Below, piece by piece: positions 1-11,400 of a stretch of 64,000 nt of DNA (positions within the stretch are counted from its first letter, which is position 1; the number at the start of each line of letters is the position of its first letter). This DNA comes from the human T2T-CHM13v2.0 reference genome, Homo sapiens: NCBI RefSeq assembly GCF_009914755.1, contig NC_060926.1; one strand, given 5' to 3'. The notes under the pieces are model-generated. The model was not told the origin of the DNA. It saw only the letters and a list, made by a program, of their open reading frames with translations, and made no database searches. A program made the position numbers and the translations under genes.

Positions 1-679
1 TTTCGTTGGAAAAGGCATTACATATAAAAAGCAGACAGCAGCATTCCCAGAAACTTCTTTGTGATGTTTGCAGTCAAGTCACAGAGTTGAACATTCCCTT
101 TCATAGAGCAGGTTTGAAAAACTCTTTTTGTAGTATCTGGATTTGGACATTTGGTGCGCTTTCAGGCCTATGGTGAAAAAGGAAATATCTTCCACTGAAA
201 ACTAAACAGAAGTAGTCTCAGAAACTTGTTTGTGATGTGCGCCCTCAACTAACATTGTTGAAGCTTTCTTTTGATAGGGCCGTTTTGAAACATTCTTTTG
301 TAAAATCTGCAAGAGGATATTTGGATAGCTTTGAGGATTTCGTTGGAAACGGGATTGTCTTCATATTAACCCTAGACAGTATCATTCTCAGAAGCTTCAT
401 TGGGATGTTTCAATTGAAGTCACAGTGTTGAACAGTCCCTTTCATAGAGCAGGTTTGAAACACTCTTTTTGTAGCATCTGGAAGTGGACATTTGGAGCGT
501 TCTCAGGACTACGGTGAAAAAGGAAATATCTTCCAATAAAAGCTAGATAGAAGCAATGTCAGAAACTTTTTCATGATGTATCTACTCAGCTAAAAGAGTT
601 GAACCTTTCTTTTGAGAGAGCAGTTTTGAAACACTATTTTTGTGGAATCTGCTAGTGGATATTTGTCTAGCTTTGAGGA

Positions 680-696
680 TTTCGTTGGAAACGGGA
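680..696 (+). other. CENP-B box, monomer-4 type (representative; recurs about every 680 bp)
   Basis: TTTCGTTGGAAACGGGA matches the core nTTCGnnnnAnnCGGGn and is followed by ttacatataaaa. Confidence 0.97.
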
Positions 697-846
697 TTAC
701 ATATAAAACGCAGACAGCAGCATTCCCAGAAAGTTCTTTGTGAAATTTGCATTCAAGTCACAGACTTGAACATTCCCTTTCATAGAGGAGGTTTGAAACA
801 CTCTTTTTGTAGTATCTGGATGTGGACATTTGGAGCGCTTTCAGGC

Positions 847-863
847 CTATGGTGAAAAAGGAA
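847..863 (+). other. pJalpha motif of A-type monomer 1 (representative)
   Basis: CTATGGTGAAAAAGGAA is the reverse complement of the pJalpha consensus TTCCTTTTYCACCRTAG and sits at the position homologous to the CENP-B box. Confidence 0.85.
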
Positions 864-1017
864 ATATCTTCCCCTGAAAACTAGACAGAAGCATTCTCAG
901 AAACTTATTTGTGATGTGCGCCCTCAACTAACAGTGTTGAACCTTTCTTTTGATAGAGCAGTTTTGAAACACTCTTTTTGTAAAATCTGCAAGAGGATAT
1001 TTGGATAGATTTGAGGA

Positions 1018-1034
1018 TTTCGTTGGAAACGGGA
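1018..1034 (+). other. CENP-B box, monomer-2 type (representative; boxes alternate at 338/342-bp spacing)
   Basis: TTTCGTTGGAAACGGGA followed by ttgtcttcata; boxes lie at 338, 680, 1018, 1360, etc. Confidence 0.97.
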
Positions 1035-1188
1035 TTGTCTTCATATTAACCCTAGACAGTAGCATTCTCAGAAGCTTCATTGGGATGTTTCAATTGAAGT
1101 CACAGTCTTGAACAGTCCCTTTCATAGAGCAGGTTTGAAACACTCTTTTTGTAGCATCTGGAAGTGGACATTTGGAGCGTTCTCAGGA

Positions 1189-1205
1189 CTACGGTGAAAA
1201 AGGAA
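1189..1205 (+). other. pJalpha motif of A-type monomer 3 (representative)
   Basis: CTACGGTGAAAAAGGAA at the same monomer position. Confidence 0.85.
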
Positions 1206-4200
1206 ATATCTTCCAATAAAAGCTAGATAGAAGCAATGTCAGAAACTTTTTCATGATGTATCTACTCAGCTAACAGAGTTGAACCTTTCTTTTGAGAGAG
1301 CCGTTTTGAAACACTCTTTTTGTGGAATCTGCAAGTGGATATTTGTCTAGCTTTGAGGATTTCGTTGGAAACGGGATTACATATAAAAAGCAGACAGCAG
1401 CATTCCCAGAAACTTCTTTGTGATGTTTGCATTCAAGTCACAGAGTTGAACATTCCCTTTCATAGAGCAGGTTTGAAACACTCTTTTTGTAGTATCTGGA
1501 TTTGGACATTTGGAGCGCTTTCAGGCCTATGGTGAAAAAGGAAATATCTTCCCCTGAAAACTAGACAGAAGCATTGTCAGAAACTTATTTGTCATGTGCG
1601 CCCTCAACTAACAGTGTTAAACCTCTCTTTTGATAGAGTAGTTTTGAAACACTCTTTTTGTAAAATCTGCAAGAGGATATTTGGATAGCTTTGAGGATTT
1701 CGTTGGAAACGGGATTGTCTTCATATAAACTCTAGACAGTAGCATTCTCAGAAGCTTCATTGGGATGTTTCAATTGAAGTCACAGTGTTGAACAGTCCCT
1801 TTCATAGAGCAAGTTTGAAACACTCTTTTTTTAGTATCTGGAAGTGGACATTTGGAGTCCTCTCAGGACTACGGTGAAAAAGGAAATATCTTCCAATAAA
1901 AGCTAGATAGAAGCAATATCAGAAACTTTTTCATGATGTATCTACTCAGCTAACAGAGTTGAACCTTTCTTTTGAGAGAGCAGTTTTGAAACACTCTTTT
2001 GGTGGAATCTGCAAGTGGATATTTGTCTAGCTTTGAGGATTTCGTTGGAAACGGGATTACATATAAAAAGCAGACAGCAGCATTCCCAGAAACTTCTTTG
2101 TGATGTTTGCATTCAAGTCACAGAGATGAACATTCCCTTTCATAGAGCAGGTTTGAAACACTCTTTTTGTAGTATCTGGATGCGGACATTTGGTGCGCTT
2201 TCAGGCCTATGGTGAAAAAGGAAATATCTTCCCCTGAAAACTAGACAGAAGCATTCTCAGAATCTTATTTGTGATGTGCGCCCTCAACTAACAGTGTTGA
2301 AGCTTTCTTTTGATAGAGCAGTTTTGAAACACTCTTTTTGTAAAATCTGCAAGAGGATATTTGGATAGCTTTGAGGATTTCGTTGGAAACGGGATTGTCT
2401 TCATATAGAATCTAGACAGAAGCATTCTCAGAAGCTTCATTGGGATGTTTCAATTGAAGTCACAGTGTTGAACAGTCCCTTTCATAGAGCAGGTTTGAAA
2501 CACTCTTTTTGTAGTATCTGGACGTGGACATTTGGAGCGCTCTCAGGACTACGGTGAAAAAGGAAATATCTTCCAATAAAAGCTAGATAGAAGCAATGTC
2601 AGAAACTTTTTCATGATGTATCTACTCAGCTAACAGAGTTGAACCTTTGTTTTGAGAGAGCCGTTTTGAAACACTCTTTTTGTGGAATCTGCAAGTGGAT
2701 ATTTGTCTAGCTTTGAGGATTGCGTTGGAAACGGGATTACATATAAAAAGCAGACAGCAGCATTCCCAGAAACTTCTTTATGATGTTTGCATTCAAGTCA
2801 CAGAGTTGAACATTCCCTTTCATAGAGCAGGTTTGAAACACTCTTTTTGTAGTATCTGGATGTGGACATTTGGAGCGCTTTCAGGCCTATGGTGAAAAAG
2901 GAAATATCTTCCCCTGAAAACTAGAGAGAAGCATTCTCAGAAACTTATTTGTGATGCGCGCCCTCAACTAACAGTGTTGAAGCTTTCTTTTGATAGAGCA
3001 GTTTTTAAACACTCTTTTTGTAAAATCTGCAAGAGGATATTTGGATAGCTTTGAGGATTTCGTTGGAAACGGGATTGTCTTCATATTAACCCTAGACAGT
3101 AGCATTCTCAGAAGCTTCATTGGGATGTTTCAATTGAAGTCACAGTGTTGAACAGTCCCTTTCATAGAGCAGGTTTGAAACACTCTTTTTGTAGCATCTG
3201 GAAGTGGACATTTGGAGCGTTCTCAGGACTACGGTGAAAAAGGAAATATCTTCCAATAAAAGCTAGATAGAAGCAATATCATAAACTTTTTCGTGATGTA
3301 TCTACTCAGCTAAAAGAGTTGAACCTTTCTTTTGAGAGAGCAGTTTTCAAACACTCTTTTTGTGGAATCTGCAAGTGGATATTTGTCTGGCTTTGAGGAT
3401 TTCGTTGGAAACGGGATTACATATAAAAAGCAGACAGCAGCATTCCCAGAAAGTACTTTGTGAAATTTGCATTCAAGTCACAGACTTGAACATTCCCTTT
3501 CATAGAGCAGGTTTGAAACACTCTTTTTGTAGTATCTGGATGTGGACATTTGGAGCGCTTTCAGGCCTATGGTGAAAAAGCAAATATCTTCCCCTGAAAA
3601 CTAGACAGAAGCATTCTCAGAATCTTATTTGTGATGTGCGCCCTCAACTAACAGTGTTGAACCTTTCTTTTGATAGAGCAGTTTTGAAACACTCTTTTTG
3701 TAAAATCTGCAAGAGGATATTTGGATAGCTTTGAGGATTTCGTTGGAAACGGGATTGTCTTCATATAAACTCTAGACAGAAGCATTCTCAGAAGCTTCAT
3801 TGGGATGTTTCAATTGAAGTCACAGTGTTGAACAGTCCCTTTCATAGAGCAGGTTTGAAACACTCTTTTTGTAGTATCTGGAAGTGGACATTTGGAGCGC
3901 TCTCAGGACTACGGTGAAAAAGGAAATATCTTCCAATAAAAGCCAGATAGAAGCAATGTCAGAAACATTTTCATGATGTATCTACTCAGCTAACAGAGTT
4001 GAACCTTTCTTTCGAGAGAGCAGTTTTGAAACACTCTTTTTGTGGAATCTGCAAGTGGATATTTGTCTAGCTTTGAGGATTTCGTTGGAAACGGGATTAC
4101 ATATAAAAAGCAGACAGCAGCATTCCCAGAAACTTCTTTGTGATGTTTGCATTCAAGTCACAGAGTTGAACATTCCCTTTCATAGAGCAGGTTTGAAACA

Positions 4201-4800
4201 CTCTTTTTGTAGTATCTGGATGTGGACATTTGGAGCGCTTTCAGGTCTATGGTGAAAAAGGAAATATCTTCCCCTGAAAACTAGACAGAAGCATTCTCAG
4301 AATCTTATTTGTGATGTGCACCCTCAACTAACAGTGTTGAACCTTTCTTTTGATAGAGCAGTTTTGAAACACTCTTTTTGTAAAATCTGCAAGAGGATAT
4401 TTGGTTAGCTTTGAGGATTTCGTTGGAAACGGGATTGTCTTCATATAAAATCTAGACAGAAGCATTCTCAGAAGCTTCATTGGGATGTTTCAATTGATGT
4501 CACAGAGTTGAACATTCCATTTCATAGAGCAGGTTTGAAACACTCTTTTTGTAGTATCTGGAAATGGACATTTGGAGGGCTCTCAGGACTACGGTGAAAA
4601 AGGAAATATCTTCCAATAAAAGCTAGATAGAAGCAATGTCAGAAACATTTTCGTGATGTATCTACTCAGCTAAAAGAGTTGAACCTTTCTTTTGTGAGAG
4701 CAGTTTTGAAACACTCTTTTTGTGGAATCTGCAAGTGGATATTTGTCTAGCTTTGGGGATTTCGTTGGAAACGGGATTACATATAAAAAGCAGACAGCAG

Positions 4801-5138
4801 CATTCCCAGAAACTTCTTTGTGATGTTTGCATTCAAGTCACAGAGTTGAACATTCCCTTTCATAGAGCAGGTTTGAAACACTCTTTTTGTAGGATCTGAA
4901 TGTGGACATTTGGAGCGCTTTCAGGCCTATGGTGAAAAAGGAAATATCTTCCCCTGAAAACTAGACAGAAGCATTCTCAGAATCTTATTTGTGATGTGCG
5001 CCCTCAACTAACAGTGATGAACCTTTCTTTTGATAGAGCAGTTTTGAAACACTCTTTTTGTAAAATCTGCAAGAGGATATTTGGATAGCTTTGAGGATTT
5101 CGTTGGAAACGGGATTACATATCAAAAGCAGACAGCAG
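4801..5138 (+). repeat. 338-bp dimer HOR variant (monomer 1 plus hybrid monomer 2/4)
   Basis: The monomer-2 left part (tgtaaaatctgcaagaggatatttggatag) joins through the CENP-B box to the monomer-4 tail (gggattacatatcaaaagcagac). Monomer-1 starts are at 4801 and 5139. Confidence 0.92.
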
Positions 5139-6498
5139 CATTCCCAGAAAGTTCTTTGTGAAATTTGCATTCAAGTCACAGACTTGAACATTCCCTTTCA
5201 TAGAGCAGGTTTGAAACACTCTTTTTGTATTATCTGGATGCGGACATTTGGAGCGCTTTCAGGCCTATGGTGAAAAAGGAAATATCTTCCCCTGAAAACT
5301 AGACAGAAGCATTCTCAGAATCTTATTTGTGATGTGCGCCCTCAACTAACAGTGTTGAAGCTTTCTTTTGATAGAGCAGTTTTGAAACACTCTTTTTGTA
5401 AAATCTGCAAGAGGATATTTGGATAGTTTTGAGGATTTCGTTGGAAACGGGATTGTCTTCATACAGAATCTAGACAGAAGCATTCTCAGAAGCTTCATTG
5501 GGATGTTTCAATTGAAGTCACAGTGTTGAACAGTCCCTTTCATAGAGCAGGTTTGAAACACTCTTTTTGTAGTATCTGGACGTGGACATTTGGAGCGCTC
5601 TCAGGACTACGGTGAAAAAGGAAATATCTTCCAATAAAAGCTAGATAGAAGCAATGTCAGAAACTTTTTCATGATGTATCTACTCAGCTAACAGAGTTGA
5701 ACCTTTGTTTTGAGAGAGCCGTTTTGAAACACTCTTTTTGTGGAATCTGCAAGTGGATATTTGTCTAGCTTTGATGATTTCGTTGGAAACGGGATTACAT
5801 ATAAAAAGCAGACAGCAGCATTCACAGAAACTTCTTTGTGATGTTTGCATTCAAGTCACAGAGTTGAACATTCCCTTTCATAGAGCAGGTTTGAAACACT
5901 CTTTTTGTAGTATCTGGATGTGGACATTTGGAGCGCTTTCAGGCCTATGGTGAAAAAGGAAATATCTTCCCCTGAAAACTAGACAGAAGCATTCTCAGAA
6001 TCTTATTTGTGATGCGCGCCCTCAACTAACAGTGTTGAAGCTTTCTTTTGATAGAGCAGTTTTTAAACACTCTTTTTGTAAAATCTGCAAGAGGATATTT
6101 GGATAGCTTTGAGGATTTCGTTGGAAACGGGATTGTCTTCATATTAACCCTAGACAGTAGGATTCTCAGAAGCTTCATTGGGATGTTTCAATTGAAGTCA
6201 CAGTGTTGAACAGTCCCTTTCATAGAGCAGGTTTGAAACACTCTTTTTGTAGTATCTGGAAGTGGACTTGTGGAGCGTTCTCAGGACTACAGTGAAAAAG
6301 GAAATATCTTCCAATAAAAGCTAGATAGAAGCAATGTCAGAAAATTTTTCATGATGTATCTACTCAGCTAACAGAGTTGAACCTTTCTTTTGAGAGAGCA
6401 GTTTTGAAACACTCTTTTGGTGGAATCTGCAAGTGGATATTTGTCTAGCTTTGAGGATATCGTTGGAAACGGGATTACATATAAAAAGCAGACAGCAG

Positions 6499-6836
6499 CA
6501 TTCCCAGAAACTTCTTTGTGATGTTTGCATTCAAGTCACAGAGTTGAACATTCCCTTTCATAGAGCAGGTTTGAAACACTCTTTTTGTAGTATCTGGAAG
6601 TGGACATTTGGAGCGCTCTCAGGACTACGGTGAAAAAGGAAATATCTTCCAATAAAAGCTAGATAGAAGCAATGTCAGAAACATTTTCATGATGTATCTA
6701 CTCAGTTAACAGAGTTGAACCTTTCTTTTGAGAGAGCAGTTTTGAAACACTGTTTTTGTGGAATCTGCAAGTGGATATTTGTCTAGCTTTGAGGATTTCG
6801 TTGGAAACGGGATTACATATAAAAAGCAGACAGCAG
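6499..6836 (+). repeat. 338-bp dimer HOR variant (hybrid monomer 1/3 plus monomer 4)
   Basis: The monomer-1 start continues into the monomer-3 end (ctggaagtgg...ctctcaggactacgg...ccaataaaagctagatag). Monomer-1 starts are at 6499 and 6837, and the ORF ends in ...SIWKWTFGALSGLR. Confidence 0.92.
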
Positions 6837-8499
6837 CATTCCCAGAAACTTCTTTGTGATGTTTGCATTCAAGTCACAGAGTTGAACATTCCCTTTCATA
6901 GAGCAGGTTTGAAACACTCTTTTTGTAGTATCTGGATGTGGACATTTGGAGCGCTTGCAGGCCTATGGTGAAAAAGGAAATATATTCCCCTGAAAACTAG
7001 ACAGAAGCATTCTCAGAAACTTATTTGTGATGTGCGCCCTCAACTAACAGTGTTGAAGCTTTCTTTTGATAGAGCAGTTTTGAAACACTCTTTTTGTAAA
7101 ATCTGCAAGAGGATATTTGGATAGCTTTGAGGATTTCGTTGGAAACGGGATTGTCTTCATATAAACTCTAGACAGAAGCATTCTCAGAAGCTTCATTGGG
7201 ATGTTTCAATTGAAGTCACAGTGTTGAACAGTCCCTTTCATAGAGCAGGTTTGAAACACTCTTTGTGTAGTATCTGGAAGTGGACATTTGGAGCGCTCTC
7301 AGGACTGTGGTGAAAAAGGAAATATCTTCCAATAAAAGCTAGATAGAAGCAATGTCAGAAACTTTTTCATGATGTATCTACTCAGCTAACAGAGTTGAAC
7401 CTTCCTTTGAGAGAGCAGTTTTGAAACACTCTTTTTGTGGAATCTGCAAGTGGATATTTGTCTAGCTTTGAGGATTTCGTTGGAAACGGGATTACATATA
7501 AAAAGCAGACAGCAGCATTCCCAGAAACTTCTTTGTGATGTTTGCATTCAAGTCACAGAGTTGAACATTCCCTTTCATAGAGCAGGTTTGAAACACTCTT
7601 TTTGTAGTATCTGGATGTGGACATTTGGAGCGCTTTCGGGCCTATGGTGAAAAAGGAAATATCTTCCCCTGAAAACTAGACAGAAGCATTCTCAGAAACT
7701 TATTTGTGATGTGCGCCCTCAACTAACAGTGTTAAACCTTTCTTTTGATAGAGTAGTTTTGAAACACTGTTTGTGTAAAATCTGCAAGAGGATATTTGGA
7801 TAGCTTTGAGGATTTCGTTGGAAACGGGATTGTCTTCATATAAAATCTAGACAGAAGCATTCTCAGAAGCTTCATTGGGATGTTTCAATTGAAGTCACAG
7901 TGTTGAACAGTCCCTTTCATATAGCAGGTTTGAAACACTCTTTTTGTAGTATCTGGAAGTGGACATTTTGAGCGCTCTCAGGACTACGGTGAAAAAGGTA
8001 ATATCTTCCAATAAAAGCTAGATAGAAGCAATGTCAGAAACATTTTCGTGATGTATCTACTCAGCTAACAGAGTTGAACCTTTCTTTTTAGAGAGCCGTT
8101 TTGAAACACTCTTTTGGTGGAATCTGCAAGTGGATATTTGTCTAGCTTTGAGGATTTCGTTGAAAACGGGATTACATATAAAAAGCAGACAGCAGCATTC
8201 CCAGAAACTTCTTTGTGATGTTTGCATTCAAGTCACAGAGTTGAACATTCCCTTTCATAGAGCAGGTTTGAAACACTCTTTTTGTAGTATCTGGATGTGG
8301 ACATTTGGAGCGCTTTCAGGCCTATTGTGAAAAAGGAAATATCTTCCCCTGAAAACTAGACAGAAGCATTCTCAGAATCTTATTTGTGATGTGCGCCCTC
8401 AACTAACAGTGTTGAAGCTTTCTTTTGATAGAGCAGTTTTGAAACACTCTTTTTGTAAAATCTGCAAGAGGATATTTGGATAGCTTCGAGGATATCGTT

Positions 8500-11400
8500 G
8501 GAAACGGGATTGTCTTCATATAAAATCTAGACAGAAGCGTTCTCAGAAGCTTCATTGGGATGTTTCAATTGAAGTCACAGTGTTGAACAGTCCCTTTCAT
8601 AGAGCAGGTTTGAAACACTCTTTTTGTAATATCTGGAAGTGGACATTTGGAGCGCTCTCAGGAATACGGTGAAAAAGGAAATATCTTCCAATAAAAGCTA
8701 GATAGAAGCAATGTCAGAAACTTTTTCATGATGTATCTACTCAGCTAACAGAGTTGACGCTTTCTTTTGAGAGAGGAGTTTTGAAACACTCTTTTTGTGG
8801 AATCTGCAAGTGGATATTTGTCTAGCTTTGAGGATTTCGTTGGAAACGGGATTATATATAAAAAGCAGACAGCAGCATTCCCAGAAATTTCTTTGTGATG
8901 TTTGCATTCAGGTCACAGAGTTGAACATTCCCTTTCTTAGAGCAGGTTTGAAACACTCTTTTTGTAGTATCTGGATGTGGACATTTGGAGCGCTTTCAGG
9001 CCTATGGTGAAAAAGGAAATATCTTCCCCTGAAAATTAGACAGAAGCATTCTCAGAAACTTATTTGTGATGTGCGCCCTCAACTAACAGTGTGGAACTTT
9101 TCTTTTGATAGAGCAGTTTTGAAACACTCTTTTTGTAAAATCTGCAAGAGGATATTTGGATAGCTTTGAGGATTTCGTTGGAAACGGGATTGTCTTCATA
9201 TAGAATCTACACAGAAGCATTCTCAGAAGCTTCATTGGGATGTTTCAATTGAAGTCACAGTGTTGAACAGTCCCTTTCATAGAGCAGGTTTGAAACACTC
9301 TTTTTGTAGTATCTGGAAGTGGACATTTGGAGCGCTCTCAGGACTACTGTGAAAAAGGAAATATCTTCCAATAAAAGCTAGATTGAAGCAATGTCAGAAA
9401 CTTTTTCATGATGTATCTACTCAGCTAACAGAGTTGAACCTTTCTTTTGAGAGAGCAGTTTTGAAACACTCTTTTTATGGAATCTGCAAGTGGATATTTG
9501 TCTAGCTTTGAGGATTTCGTTGGAAACGGGATTACACATAAAAAGCAGACAGCAGCATTCCCAGAAACTTCTTTGTGATGTTTGCATTCAAGTCACAGAG
9601 TTGAACATTCCCTTTCATAGAGCAGGTTTGAAACACTCTTTTTGTAGTATCTGGATGTGGACATTTGGAGCGCTTTCAGGCCTATGGTGAAAAAGGAAAT
9701 ATCTTCCCCTGAAAATTAGACAGAAGCATTCTCAGAAACTTATTTGTGATGTGCGCCTTCAACTAACAGTGTGGAACTTTTCTTTTGATAGAGCAGTTTT
9801 GAAACACTCTTTTTGTAAAATCTGCAAGAGGATATTTGGATAGCTTTGAGGATTTCGTTGGAAACGGGATTGTCTTCATATAGAATCTAGACAGAAGCAT
9901 TCTCAGAAGCTTCATTGGGATGTTTCAATTGAAGTCACAGTGTTGAACAGTCCCTTTCATAGAGCATGTTTGAAACAATCTTTTTGTAGTATCTGGAAGT
10001 GGACATTTGGAGCGCTCTCAGGACTACGGTGAAAAAGGAAATATCTTCCAAATAAAGCTAGATAGAAGCAATGTCAGAGAATTTTTCATGATGTATCTAC
10101 TCAGCTAACAGAGTTGAACCTTTCTTTTGAGAGAGCCGTTTTGAAACACTCTTTTTGTGGAATCTGCAAGTGGATATTGGTCTAGCTTTGGGGATTTCGT
10201 TGGAAACGGGATTACATAGAAAAAGCAGACAGCAGCATTCCCAGAAACTTCTTTGTGATATTTGCATTCAAGTCACAGACTTGAACATTCCCTTTCATAG
10301 AGCAGGTTTGAAACACTCTTTTTGTAGTATCTGGATGTGGACATTTGGAGCGCTTTCAAGCCTATGGTGAAAAAGGAAATATCTTCCCCTGAAAACTAGA
10401 CAGAAGCATTCTCAGAAACTTATTTGTGATGTGCGCCCTCAACTAACAGTGTTGAACTTTTCTTTTGATAGAGCAGTTTTGAAACACTCTTTTTGTAAAA
10501 TCTGCAAGAGGATATTTGGATAGCTTTGAGGATTTCGTTGGAAACGGGATTGTCTTCATATAAAATCTAGACAGAAGCATTCTCAGAAGCTTCATTGGGA
10601 TGTTTCAATTGAAGTCACAGTGTTGAACAGTCCCTTTCATAGAGCATGTTTGAAACAATCTTTTTGTAGTATCTGGAAGTGGACATTTGGAGCGCTCTCA
10701 GGACTACGGTGAAAAAGGAAATATCTTCCAAATAAAGCTAGATAGAAGCAATGTCAGAAAATTTTTCATGATGTATCTATTCAGCTAACAGAGTTGAACC
10801 TTTCTTTTGACAGAGCAGTTTTGAAACACTCTTTTTGTGGAATCTGCAAGTGGATATTTGTCTAGCTTTGAGGATTTCGTTGGAAACGGGATTACATATA
10901 AAAAGCAGACAGCAGCATTCCCAGAAACTTCTTTGTGATATTTGCATTCAAGTCACAGACTTGAACATTCCCTTTCATAGAGCAGGTTTGAAACACTCTT
11001 TTTGTAGTATCTGGATGTGGACATTTGGAGCGCTTTCAGGCCTATGGTGAAAAAGGAAATATCTTCCCCTGAAAACTAGACAGAAGCATTCTCAGAAACT
11101 TATTTGTGATGTGCGCCCTCAACTAACAGTGTTGAAGCTTTCTTTTGATAGAGCAGTTTTGAAACACTCTTTTTGTAAAATCTGCAAGAGGATATTTGGA
11201 TAGCTTTGAGGATTTCGTTGGAAACGGGATTGTCTTCATATACAATCTAGACAGAAGCATTCTCAGAAGCTTCATTGGGATGTTTCAATTAAAGTCACAG
11301 TGTTGAACAGTCCCTATCGTAGAGCAGGTTTGAAACACTCTTTTTGTAATATCTGGAAGTGGAGATTTGGAGCGCTCTCAGGACTACGGTGAAAAAGGAA

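Larger units (their letters stand above)
721..1400 (+). repeat. Representative 680-bp HOR: monomer 1 721-891, monomer 2 892-1062, monomer 3 1063-1233, monomer 4 1234-1400 (167 bp)
   Basis: Monomer starts are cattcccaga (721), cattctcagaaac (892), cattctcagaagc (1063) and caatgtcaga (1234); the next cattcccaga is at 1401. Monomers 1 and 3 resemble each other, as do 2 and 4, so the HOR is a diverged dimer of dimers. Confidence 0.95.

Noticed and set aside
534-539. AATAAA polyadenylation-like hexamer once per HOR
   Set aside because: It is part of the AT-rich monomer-3 consensus, with no associated gene or transcript evidence available from the sequence.
860-900. Short dyads (GGAA-atatc-TTCC; AGAA-gca-TTCT) as terminators or structured RNA
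   Set aside because: These 4-bp stems are generic alpha-satellite features, too weak to call a structure from sequence alone.
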